The notes under the pieces were generated by a model that saw only the letters and a program-made list of their open reading frames with translations, had not been told where the DNA came from and searched no databases. Shown here piece after piece: positions 40,207 through 49,430 of a stretch of DNA of 64,000 nucleotides (positions within the stretch are counted from its first letter, which is position 1; each line of letters starts with the position of its first letter). The translations under genes and the position numbers were made by a program. Origin of the DNA: Candidatus Bathyarchaeia archaeon (GTDB lineage Archaea; Thermoproteota; Bathyarchaeia; Bathyarchaeales; Bathycorpusculaceae); contig JBEKKK010000001.1 of the NCBI GenBank assembly GCA_050010755.1, positions 480,001 to 544,000 of the forward strand, given 5' to 3'.

Positions 40207-41040
40207 CTAGAGTTCTTCTGCCTTCTTCTTCAATTGCTCAAACAGTTCTGGCCTAAGGTCTCGTAGCGTAGGGACGAAGGCTTCGACGGATCTCATGTCA
40301 GGATAGTTAACTTCACCTATGACAAAGTCATCCTCGTCGTACTTGGCTTGAACAAGAATTCTACCGCTGGGTCCTATAAGCCGGCTCCCTCCCCAGAACT
40401 GCAGTCCGTCTTGAATTCCAGCTAGGTTCACGAAAGCTAAGAAGGCCGTGTTTTCAATTGCCCTGGCAACCGTGAGCACTTCGAAGAACGATCGTCTGAC
40501 CCCTGGTGAAGCAGAAATGCAGACAATCAACTCGGCCCCCTCGAGACGCGTCAGCCGAGTCACTTCTGGGAAATATATGTCATAGCAAATGATGAGGCCC
40601 AGTCGTCCAAGCTCAGTGTCAAACACTGCTGTTTGATAGCCTGGACGGAAGTATCTTTTCTCCTCAAAAATACTGTGTGTCGGAAGATACATCTTATTGT
40701 ATTTTCCGATGAAACCCTCTGGCCCTATGAGCACAGCACTGTTGCGGAGCGTGGCTTCTGTCTTGTCGCTTATCTCTGGCATTCCAAAAACAATGTGAAT
40801 TTGGTTCTTCTTCGCCATGTCTTCCATCATTTTTGTTGATTGTCCGGGTATTCTCTCTGCTAATTCGTAAATTTCATCTCTGACAACATAGCCCGTGAGT
40901 GAAAGCTCCGGGAAAATGACCAGTTCTGCTCCCAGCTTCTTGGCCTTTGCCACGATTTTGCTGATTTTCGTCAGGTTCTTTGCTTTGTCTGCTTGCTGGC
41001 AGCTTATCTGGGCAAGCGCTACGTTGAATACTTCCTTCAT
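40207..41040 (-). CDS. Carbon-nitrogen hydrolase (nitrilase superfamily)
   Basis: Glu-Lys-Cys triad: FPEL, YNKMYL, IICYD. Confidence 0.93.
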   Translation of the reverse strand: MKEVFNVALAQISCQQADKAKNLTKISKIVAKAKKLGAELVIFPELSLTGYVVRDEIYELAERIPGQSTKMMEDMAKKNQIHIVFGMPEISDKTEATLRNSAVLIGPEGFIGKYNKMYLPTHSIFEEKRYFRPGYQTAVFDTELGRLGLIICYDIYFPEVTRLTRLEGAELIVCISASPGVRRSFFEVLTVARAIENTAFLAFVNLAGIQDGLQFWGGSRLIGPSGRILVQAKYDEDDFVIGEVNYPDMRSVEAFVPTLRDLRPELFEQLKKKAEEL

Positions 41041-41054
41041 GTTATCCCCTTCAT

Positions 41055-41897
41055 CTAAAGCGGATTCCGCTGGAGCCTAAAGTCAGCCCCAATGGTTCGA
41101 TATTCAAGCTTAGCGGTTAATAACATTCGCCTCTTGTGCTCTGCGGACAGCCATCTATGTTTAACCTCGTCGATCAAATCCTTCTTCATACGAAGTTGAA
41201 CTGCTATCTCCTCGGTTCTCATGAAACGTTCTAGTCCAAAGAGGATGAGGTCGAGTTGCTCGTATTTTATGCCGAGCTCACTCTCTGCGAGTTGACCTGG
41301 CCACAAGGCTGGAGTCGATGGCTTTTCAACTATCTCCTCTGGAATGCCGATGTGTTGAGCCAGTTTTCGGACTTGTGTCTTGTACAAATCCATTATCGGC
41401 GAAATGTCTGCCGCAACATCTCCCCACTTGGTGAAGTAGCCCATCATCGTTTCCGACTTGTCCGAGCTCCCACACACGATCAAATGGCACCTGTTTGCGT
41501 AGTAATATACGTAAATCATTCGCGTTCTCGCCTTTACGTTGCCTTTGCTGAGTTTATCGCTCGGTTTGAAGATTGGCGCTGAGCCGTAAAAGGACTCCAA
41601 TGTAGGCGTGATGTCAACCGCTGCTGTTTTAAACGCGAACTCTTTAGCGACAAGCTCGGCATGTTTGACATCTTCGGTTCTGCGCGTCTCTTTCTCGAAA
41701 AGCATGAGCCCTAGAACGTTGTCGCCACCGAGGGCACGTGCGGAAAGGGCTGCTATGGTGCAACTGTCGACGCCGCCTGAAAGCCCTAAGACCACGCCTT
41801 TGGCTTTGGATCTTTCAACATAGTCTTTGATGAAACGGCAAATCCTCCTGTCAACTTCTGGCCAGTCTAGGTTCAGAGCCTGGGCGGTCAGCTTCAA
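41055..41897 (-). CDS. nadE: NAD+ synthetase
   Basis: GLSGGVDS, GNVKARTRM, GYFTKWGD, LYKTQV; TTG start ~41897. Confidence 0.95.
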   Translation of the reverse strand: MKLTAQALNLDWPEVDRRICRFIKDYVERSKAKGVVLGLSGGVDSCTIAALSARALGGDNVLGLMLFEKETRRTEDVKHAELVAKEFAFKTAAVDITPTLESFYGSAPIFKPSDKLSKGNVKARTRMIYVYYYANRCHLIVCGSSDKSETMMGYFTKWGDVAADISPIMDLYKTQVRKLAQHIGIPEEIVEKPSTPALWPGQLAESELGIKYEQLDLILFGLERFMRTEEIAVQLRMKKDLIDEVKHRWLSAEHKRRMLLTAKLEYRTIGADFRLQRNPL

Positions 41898-41990
41898 CCG
41901 TTGCACCTTCAACGTGTATGGTTGTAGGCAACTATTTAAGGACAAACGTAAATATGGGAGTGACTGCATCGGGCTGAGCAGAAGGATCTG

Positions 41991-42260
41991 ATGATGGGAA
42001 GAAGAAGGAAAAAGGTTGTTCGCATTCCCAAGAAGCATTTGCCGAAACTCTTCTCGTGTCCCAGATGCGGGAAGGAGTCAATCAGAGTGGAGATATCGCG
42101 GGACCAGGGGCGTGCATTGGTGGCCTGTGGCAGTTGCGGCCTGAAGGATGAGTTCCCGATCAAACCCGCGCAAGGCGAGATTGACGTTTACTGCATGTTT
42201 ACTGACAAGGTTTACGGTGGTTCCAGAACCTCTCCAACATCCGCGATTAAGAGTACTTGA
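41991..42260 (+). CDS. elf1: Transcription elongation factor Elf1
   Basis: MGRRRKK, LPKLFSCPRC..CGSC, IDVYCMFTD. Confidence 0.93.
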   Translation: MMGRRRKKVVRIPKKHLPKLFSCPRCGKESIRVEISRDQGRALVACGSCGLKDEFPIKPAQGEIDVYCMFTDKVYGGSRTSPTSAIKST

Positions 42261-43030
42261 TGAGGCCTTTTGGTATGTTGTTTGGAAATGTTGAGAAATA
42301 CCTCCTTGACAAAATCGAGTCCGAAGGCTCAATCCACATAACCCTCATAGATCCTGAAGAAGTGACTCCTCCACAGGCTTCCAGAATCGTGAACAAGGCG
42401 AAACTGAGCGACACCTCAGCGATAATGATCGGTGGTTCAACGTTCGTTTCCTCGGCGCATCTTGATGACGTGGTCAAGGCTGTGAAGCGGACCGTGAAGA
42501 TTCCGATAATTCTCTTTCCGAACAACGTGACGGGGATAAGCCGTTACGCCGATGCCATTTGGTTCATGTCTCTCCTAAACTCTGTTGATCCATATTTTCT
42601 GATTGGGGCCCAGATTCTGGGGGCGCCTTTAGTCAAGAAGTTTGGTATAGAACCCATCCCCCTCGGCTACCTGATAGTCGGTGAAGGCGGCACAGCGGGT
42701 GTCGTGGGCAAGGCAATTCCAATCCCTTACAACAAGCCTGAACTCGCCGCGGCACATGCGCTCGCTGGGCAGTACCTCGGGATGCGCTTCATTTACTTGG
42801 AAGCAGGTTCAGGAGCGAAGAATCCGGTTCCCCCGGAAATGATTAGGGCTGTTAGGCACTACGTTGACGTTCCCATGATTGTGGGCGGCGGCATAAGATC
42901 ACGAGAGCAAGCTTTGGCAGCTGCCTCGGCAGGTGCGGATATCATAGTTACAGGAAACGTCGTGGAAGAATCTGGCATGAGACGCCGAGTTTCAGAGATT
43001 ATTGAGGGCATAAAGCGCGGCAGAGCGTGA
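42257..43030 (+). CDS. Geranylgeranylglyceryl phosphate synthase
   Basis: TLIDP, IMIGGS, ILFP, YLEAGSGA, VGGGIRS, VTGN. Confidence 0.95.
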   Translation: MMRPFGMLFGNVEKYLLDKIESEGSIHITLIDPEEVTPPQASRIVNKAKLSDTSAIMIGGSTFVSSAHLDDVVKAVKRTVKIPIILFPNNVTGISRYADAIWFMSLLNSVDPYFLIGAQILGAPLVKKFGIEPIPLGYLIVGEGGTAGVVGKAIPIPYNKPELAAAHALAGQYLGMRFIYLEAGSGAKNPVPPEMIRAVRHYVDVPMIVGGGIRSREQALAAASAGADIIVTGNVVEESGMRRRVSEIIEGIKRGRA

Positions 43031-43136
43031 AAGTGCCCCTGTTTTTGTGTAGAATCCGCACGGAATAGATCTCCTTTGACGGCTGGCTTTTGTCTTTTTT
43101 CTGTGAGAAAGCAGAAATAAGCTCTCCTCTAACAGA

Positions 43137-46100
43137 ATGGATTGCGAGGGGGAGAATTTGAACGAGCAGATGAGCGAGGGTTACAAACAGTACGTGGAGT
43201 CATTGGAAGCCAGGCTTGAACAGCTTTATGCAATAAGCAATGAGGCTAGAGAGAAAGGACTCGATCCCTCGTTGAAGACTGAGTGCATAGTCGCCAAGGA
43301 CTTGGCCGATCTAGTGGAGGGACTCGTAGGGCCAGAAGGCGTTGCCACGAGCATTCGGGATCTGAGCTCCAAGCTTCCTCGAGAGGAACTCGCCTTCAAA
43401 GTAACTGAAGAGATAATCTACGGCAAATTCGGCCATTTGGAAGCCGAAGCCGCCGCTGAACAAGCCATACGAACGGCTTTGGCAATTTTCACGGAGGGAC
43501 TGACCGCTGCTCCAATTCAGGGAGTGGCAAAAGTCTGCATCAAAACGAACAGCGATCACACACGCTATCTTGCCATCTACTTTGCCGGGCCCATACGATC
43601 AGCGGGCGGGACCGATCAGGCCCTGACACTGGTTGTAGGAGACTTCATTCGAAAGCAGCTGGGGCTTGACCGCTACAAGCCGACTGAAGAGGAGATATCA
43701 CGATTCATTGAAGAACTGAGAGTCTACGAGCGATCCGTGACGGGTTTCCAATACCACATTCCCGACGACGAGCTACGGAAAGCGCTACAGTGGATTCCCG
43801 TAGAAGTAACCGGCACCGAATCTGACCCTATTGAAGTTTCTTCTTACCGAAACCTCCCGCGCATAGAGACGAATCGTGTCAGAGGAGGGGCTCTCAGAGT
43901 AGTGAACGACGGCATTGTGGGAAGAGCGCAGAAGGTTCTTAACATTATTGGAAAACTCGGTTTCCAAGGATGGGATTGGCTCACAGAGCTTCACGTTAAA
44001 TCTGAGAAGAAATCTGCAGGCTTCATGGACGACGTTATCGCTGGCAGGCCAGTGTTTTCGTTTCCCTCTAGACGCGGTGGTTTTCGCTTGAGGTATGGTA
44101 GGTCGCGTAACACCGGGCTAACTGCCGTTGGCATAAGCCCAACAACTATGCTTGTGCTGCAAGGTTTTCTTGCCGCAGGAACCCAGCTGAGGATGGAGCT
44201 TCCTGGAAAAGGAGGAATCGCCATCCCTGTCGACGCATTGGAGGGCCCAGTGGTTCGTGTGAACGACGGATCCGTCTATCGAGTCAGCAGTGAAAATTTT
44301 GGCGTGATAAAAGACAAGATTAAGAAGATTCTGTTCTTGGGGGACATCCTCATCAGCGTTGGAGACTTCCTATACAGTGGTAAACTGCTCGAGCCTTCGG
44401 GATACGTTGAAGAATGGTGGGCTGAAGATATCAACAAAAGTATTGTTGAGAAATACGCTGGAAACCTTGAAGATGCTGGCAAGGCCACCAAGATCCCCCC
44501 GGATAAACTGAAACTCTTCATAGAGAACCCCTTCATCAACAAGCCTAATTTCGCAGAAGCCGTGACCCTTGCACTCACTTTGAAAGTGCCTCTGCATCCC
44601 TCTTTCACCTTCTTCTGGGCGAATCTCACTTCGGTTGACGACATCACACTGTTAAGAAAATGGCTCCTCAACTCCGAGGCCCAGACTGAAAATGGCTTCG
44701 TGTGCAAGATAACTGGAGAGACAGACCCCAACGTCAAACATTCTTTAGAATTAATTTGCTTACCCCACAGAGTAACCGCCGGCAAGATAGTCATCGCTGA
44801 CGAAGATGCACAAGCACTCGCATTTTGCTTGGGCTACGCGTCTTCGTGCATGCCAGATCTGTCTTCGGCCAAATCCGTTCTTCAAGCTATTCACACGCTT
44901 TCAAGCGTCGAGATAAGGGATAAAGCTCCAACTTTCGTGGGCGCCCGAATGGGGAGACCGGAGAAGGCAAAGAGAAGGGAGATGAAACCGCTCGTTCACG
45001 TTCTATTTCCCGTGGGTCTGCAGGGGGGTTCCCAGCGAGACTTGGTTGATGCTGCAAAAAAGGCGCCAGCGTTCGTGGAAGTCGTCAGGCGAAAGTGTCC
45101 CAACTGTAAGACCTTCACCTTTCGCATCAAGTGTCCCATCTGCGGGGCGGAGACGGTATTCGAGAAGAGTTGTCCAAGATGTGGAAAAATCCTGAAGGAA
45201 AAGGAATGCCCAATCTGCAGGGTGCCTGCCAAGCAGTTTCAGAGGCAGGTTGTTAACTTCAAGGAATCGCTTGAAACTACGTGTGGTTGCTTAGGCGTTT
45301 CTATGCCGAAGATCCTTAAGGGGGTCAAGGGTCTTAGCAATGAGACGAAGACGCCTGAAATGCTCGAGAAGGGGGTGCTGCGTGCAAAACACGGTCTGTC
45401 TGTCTATAAAGATGGGACAATCAGGTTCGATGCCACTAATGCACCGCTGACGCATTTCAAGCCTCGCGAAATCGGGGTTTCAATTGAGAAGCTCAGGGTG
45501 ATGGGGTATAATTGTGATATTTCTGGCGCAAGTTTGACTGATGAGAATCAGATTTGCGAGTTGAAAATTCAGGACGTAGTTATTCCTGCGGCAGGTGCAG
45601 AATATTTTCTGGAGATAGCGAGCTTTACAGACGAACTTTTGGCAAAGGTCTACGGACTTTCGCCTTACTACAACGTCAAACGTGAAGAGGACCTTGTGGG
45701 GCACGTCATCGTCGGTCTAGCCCCTCACACCTGCGTCGGCATATTGGGGCGTATAGTGGGTTTCACAAGCCTGAGCATCTGCTATGCTCATCCGGTTTGG
45801 CATTCTGCCAAGCGTAGAGACTGTGACGGAGACGAAGATACTCTGATGCTCGCGATGGACACTCTGCTCAACTTTTCAAGAGAGTACTTACCCGCCCAAA
45901 TCGGCGGCATAATGGATGCTCCATTGCTCCTGATTCCGGTCGTCAAAACGAAAGATGTACAGAGACAGGCACACGACTTTGATGTTGCGCGCGCTTACCC
46001 CATCGAGTTTTACGAAAAGACATGGGAAGGAGTTGAGGCCAAACAGGCTGGTTCTTACGTAGATCTTATCGGACATCGCCTCGGCAGCGAAGCCCAGTTT

Positions 46101-46574
46101 GAAGGTTTCAACTTCACGACTCCAGTGTCAAACATCAACATGGGAAACTCCAGAAGTGCCTACAAACAGTTTAAAACGATGGTTGAAAAGCTGGACAGCC
46201 AGCTTGAACTAGCAGATAAAATTGAGGCTGTGGACGCGAGGAAAGTGGCCTTGAAGGTCCTGACCAAACACTTCATGCGAGACATTGCCGGAAACCTGCG
46301 GGCCTTCTCAACGCAAGCCTTCAGGTGCAAAGCCTGCAACAGGCACTTCCGACGGCTGCCGCTGCGTGGCAAGTGTCCCTCCTGCGGAGGACAATTGACC
46401 CTGACCGTCTATCGCGGCGGAATCGAGAAGTACTTGGAGGCGGCTCAAAGCTTGATTGACAGATACGATCTGCCAAAGTATTACACGCAGAGAATTTCTC
46501 TTATCAAAGAAGAGATCAAGGCCCTGTTCGATAGCAAGAAGCAAAAACAGATTTGTCTAACAGACTTTGCTTAA
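43137..46574 (+). CDS. polC: DNA polymerase D large subunit DP2 (no intein)
   Basis: FAGPIRSAGGT, GFRLRYGRSRN, GARMGRPEKA, KRRDCDGDED, C-terminal Zn finger and PIP-like QICLTDF. Confidence 0.98.
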   Translation: MDCEGENLNEQMSEGYKQYVESLEARLEQLYAISNEAREKGLDPSLKTECIVAKDLADLVEGLVGPEGVATSIRDLSSKLPREELAFKVTEEIIYGKFGHLEAEAAAEQAIRTALAIFTEGLTAAPIQGVAKVCIKTNSDHTRYLAIYFAGPIRSAGGTDQALTLVVGDFIRKQLGLDRYKPTEEEISRFIEELRVYERSVTGFQYHIPDDELRKALQWIPVEVTGTESDPIEVSSYRNLPRIETNRVRGGALRVVNDGIVGRAQKVLNIIGKLGFQGWDWLTELHVKSEKKSAGFMDDVIAGRPVFSFPSRRGGFRLRYGRSRNTGLTAVGISPTTMLVLQGFLAAGTQLRMELPGKGGIAIPVDALEGPVVRVNDGSVYRVSSENFGVIKDKIKKILFLGDILISVGDFLYSGKLLEPSGYVEEWWAEDINKSIVEKYAGNLEDAGKATKIPPDKLKLFIENPFINKPNFAEAVTLALTLKVPLHPSFTFFWANLTSVDDITLLRKWLLNSEAQTENGFVCKITGETDPNVKHSLELICLPHRVTAGKIVIADEDAQALAFCLGYASSCMPDLSSAKSVLQAIHTLSSVEIRDKAPTFVGARMGRPEKAKRREMKPLVHVLFPVGLQGGSQRDLVDAAKKAPAFVEVVRRKCPNCKTFTFRIKCPICGAETVFEKSCPRCGKILKEKECPICRVPAKQFQRQVVNFKESLETTCGCLGVSMPKILKGVKGLSNETKTPEMLEKGVLRAKHGLSVYKDGTIRFDATNAPLTHFKPREIGVSIEKLRVMGYNCDISGASLTDENQICELKIQDVVIPAAGAEYFLEIASFTDELLAKVYGLSPYYNVKREEDLVGHVIVGLAPHTCVGILGRIVGFTSLSICYAHPVWHSAKRRDCDGDEDTLMLAMDTLLNFSREYLPAQIGGIMDAPLLLIPVVKTKDVQRQAHDFDVARAYPIEFYEKTWEGVEAKQAGSYVDLIGHRLGSEAQFEGFNFTTPVSNINMGNSRSAYKQFKTMVEKLDSQLELADKIEAVDARKVALKVLTKHFMRDIAGNLRAFSTQAFRCKACNRHFRRLPLRGKCPSCGGQLTLTVYRGGIEKYLEAAQSLIDRYDLPKYYTQRISLIKEEIKALFDSKKQKQICLTDFA

Positions 46575-46617
46575 CAAGGCTTTTCTACGCAGAGTTATAC
46601 AATATCTATGAGCATGC

Positions 46618-46890
46618 ATGTTGAAGGAGACTTACCATCCGAACGCTTACTTGACAAACGTGAGGAATGTTCGCCTCGGGCTCAGGGCTCGAACCAAGAT
46701 ATTGAACGCCCTAGAAAGAGGCTCTGGCAACACAAGAGAAATTGCAAATGAAGCTGCGATTCACTACGGTGTTGCCATGCACCATTTGAAGCTTCTTCAA
46801 TCCGAAGGCATAGTGCGGCGCGCAGGTGGAAAAAACGCTGTTTGGACGATTACGGGAACTGGACAGAAACGCCTCGCAAACGCGGCCTAG
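46618..46890 (+). CDS. ArsR-like winged-helix protein
   Basis: RTKILNAL..TREIA..YGVAMHHLKLL..EGIV. Confidence 0.85.
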   Translation: MLKETYHPNAYLTNVRNVRLGLRARTKILNALERGSGNTREIANEAAIHYGVAMHHLKLLQSEGIVRRAGGKNAVWTITGTGQKRLANAA

Positions 46891-47174
46891 AAAGTGCACT
46901 TGCATGGTGAGTATCCACATTTTGGACATTTATGGTTGTATTTTGCGAGGGCTGCAATCTCAAGGTTCACCCCAGTGATATTTGCCAAAGAAGCCAGCCA
47001 TGCAATAACATCAGCAAACTCCTTCTGTAACTCTTCCTTGTCGTTTCCGTTCAATGCTTCGCCGAGTTCCTCAACTTCATCCACGAGCCATTCGTAGGTT
47101 CCAGCCACTCCGCGCTCTGAGTCTCGGTGCAGGTACAATTGTTTCATCATTTCCTGGAATTCCCTAATGTGCAA
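46887..47174 (-). CDS. MazG-like NTP pyrophosphohydrolase
   Basis: WLVDEVEEL, KEFADVIAWLASLAN, CPKC tail. Confidence 0.9.
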   Translation of the reverse strand: MHIREFQEMMKQLYLHRDSERGVAGTYEWLVDEVEELGEALNGNDKEELQKEFADVIAWLASLANITGVNLEIAALAKYNHKCPKCGYSPCKCTF

Positions 47175-47285
47175 GTTTCCATTTCCTCCTCTTTGTTTGA
47201 GAAGAGAGGGCCAAAATCAAAGATAACCGCTTCGGCCGGCAGACAGCTGAGCGATTCTGTGCTTCTTTGAAAGGTTCGTTTATGC

Positions 47286-48602
47286 TTACCGGATTTTGAT
47301 GTACTTGTAGGCTTCTGTGGCGTTCTCGAAACAGTAGCGTACTTTCTGGTATTCTTTTCTGAATTCAGCAACGTCCGCGCGCACTTTCTCCAAGGGCTCT
47401 TTGTTGATTATCACACGTTTGACGAACTCCGCGATTTCCACCATCTCGCTCTCTTTCATTCCGAGCCTCGTAACTTCTGAAACGCCCATTCTTATGCCGC
47501 CTGGGTGCATGAAGTGTCTTCCTTCCTTGATGTCGTATGGCAGCAGGTTTCTGTTTATGATTACGTTCGCCTTTTCCAGAGTCTCTTCGATTGTGCCACC
47601 GTCACCGTGTTTAACTATGTCAATTAGAATGACGTGAGACTGCGTGAACCCCTTGTGCTCAGCGAGAACGTTGAAGCCCCTTTCGTAGAGCGCTTGTGCC
47701 AAGGCCTTGGCGTTCTTGACCACCTGGGCTGCATATTCGTTTCCGAATTCAATCATTTCTGCGCATGCAACTGTCAGCCCTGCGACTGCATGCAAATGAT
47801 GATTGCTCACCATTCCTGGAAACGTTGCTTTCTTTATCTTCTCGGCATTCTTCTCCCAGGACAGTATTCCCCCGTGCTGGGGTCCGAAGAATGTCTTGTG
47901 TGTGCTTAAGCTCACAACGTCGGCGCCCTCTCTTAGAGGGTCTTGGAATTTGCCGCCCGCAATCAACCCTGCCACGTGTGCTGCGTCGTAGCCCGCCGTG
48001 GCGCCTGCTGCATGGACGGTTTCGGCCAGTTCTTTGACTGGGTGCGGAAATGGAAAGACGCTCGCGCCGAACATGACGAACTTGGGCGGCTTGCCTTTTG
48101 CCGTGAGCTCCTTAATCTTCTCCTTGGCCTTGTCAACATCTATGTTCAACTCCTTATAGTCCAATGGAAGGTATTCGACGATTAAGCCTTTAACTGCGCC
48201 TGCTGTGCCTCCAAGCTCCTTCTTGCCTGAAGTTATGTGACCGCCGCTTGGAATGGACAAGGCAAGCAGCGTGTCTCCAGGTTCGGTGAAGGCCGTGTAA
48301 ACGGCCAAATTCGCTACAACACCTGAAACAGGCCTGACGTCCACAAATTCGGCGGTGAAAAGCTTTTTCATGAGTTCGATGCACTTGAACTCCACTTGGT
48401 CGATGAAGCGGCATCCTGCGTAAACTCTTTCTCCCGGCCAGCCTTCGGCGTAACGGTTTCCAAAATCCGTCATCAGAGTCTCCCGCACGGCAGGACTCGG
48501 GATATTTTCGCTTGCTATCAGTGGAATGCTCTCTTGAAACCACTTGTGATGCTGCTGAAGTAGGTCAAAAACGTGGTCGTATTCATCTCTAGGAGACGGC
48601 AT
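47286..48602 (-). CDS. glyA: Serine hydroxymethyltransferase
   Basis: LIASEN, YAEGWPG, YDAAHV, STHKTFFGP, GIRMG. Confidence 0.97.
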   Translation of the reverse strand: MPSPRDEYDHVFDLLQQHHKWFQESIPLIASENIPSPAVRETLMTDFGNRYAEGWPGERVYAGCRFIDQVEFKCIELMKKLFTAEFVDVRPVSGVVANLAVYTAFTEPGDTLLALSIPSGGHITSGKKELGGTAGAVKGLIVEYLPLDYKELNIDVDKAKEKIKELTAKGKPPKFVMFGASVFPFPHPVKELAETVHAAGATAGYDAAHVAGLIAGGKFQDPLREGADVVSLSTHKTFFGPQHGGILSWEKNAEKIKKATFPGMVSNHHLHAVAGLTVACAEMIEFGNEYAAQVVKNAKALAQALYERGFNVLAEHKGFTQSHVILIDIVKHGDGGTIEETLEKANVIINRNLLPYDIKEGRHFMHPGGIRMGVSEVTRLGMKESEMVEIAEFVKRVIINKEPLEKVRADVAEFRKEYQKVRYCFENATEAYKYIKIR

Positions 48603-48719
48603 CTTAACACCTTGTTGCAGTTGATTATCCGCTCCTCAGAAATAAAAAGTCTTTGAAGCGACACAACGTTAATAATGGAGAAACAACACAAATTAACCAA
48701 AGAATATTGAGGATTGATC

Positions 48720-48890
48720 ATGAGCGGCAAGAAGAAGAAAGACAAAAAGAAGGCGCCAATGCCCGCTGCTAGCGCTGGGCTGCTCAGGTTTTTTGAAGAG
48801 GAAACTGAGGGCATAAAGGTCAGACCAGAACTCCTGATCGTGATGACAATCTCTTTGATAGTTGTCGTAGCCTTAGCGCACTCGATCTAG
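48720..48890 (+). CDS. secG: Preprotein translocase subunit Sec61beta (56 aa, below ORF-track cutoff)
   Basis: MSGKKKKDKKKAPMPAASAGLLRFFEEETEGIKVRPE followed by one TM helix. Confidence 0.92.
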   Translation: MSGKKKKDKKKAPMPAASAGLLRFFEEETEGIKVRPELLIVMTISLIVVVALAHSI

Positions 48891-48899
48891 ATGCACTTC

Positions 48900-49196
48900 T
48901 TATCGGTGAGAAGGTCCGTGTATTACTTCTATCCGCTGCACTGAATTGAGGTGCACGAATATCTCGCTTCTCTCTTCTCTGCTTGCGACCTGCGGTATAG
49001 GCTGAGCGATGGTTGCGCGCATGATGACTGCCTCCGCGTCTGAGAGCCATATTCCAGCAGGTTCACGGGTCACGGCGGCCAAGGTGCCCTCAAAACCGTA
49101 GGATGCATCCAATATCACCCGTATCTGTTTTCCTACGTTCTTCTCGAGCATGTGAAATATCGTTAAGGGCAAGTCTTGATCCGTCATTGTTTTCAC
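48900..49196 (-). CDS. Divergent Sm/LSm-like domain protein
   Basis: VGKQIRVIL...FEGTL...IWLSDAE (Sm1-like) and EIFVHLNSVQRI (Sm2-like). Confidence 0.6.
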   Translation of the reverse strand: MKTMTDQDLPLTIFHMLEKNVGKQIRVILDASYGFEGTLAAVTREPAGIWLSDAEAVIMRATIAQPIPQVASREERSEIFVHLNSVQRIEVIHGPSHR

Positions 49197-49430
49197 AAAA
49201 CCCTGAGATACGCTTAAACACTAAAGCTGTTCCTCTATAAATATACGCTGTTCAGGTAACACTCTCAATTACCCTAGAAATGCTCAGCTCCAAAGTTCAC
49301 TTCAAATCCAGCTCATAACACTGCCAATTGTTCTTGAACGGCGCTTGAATAGTGATTTGGAACCGCGGTTTCGCTACAGTTTAATATCCTTCGGATATTC
49401 TCTTAGGAACGTCACCGCAGAGGCATTTGA

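Noticed and set aside
43137-46574. Intein in PolD DP2 (also checked in Cdc6)
   Set aside because: Lengths and motif spacing are normal; no splice-junction or LAGLIDADG insert.
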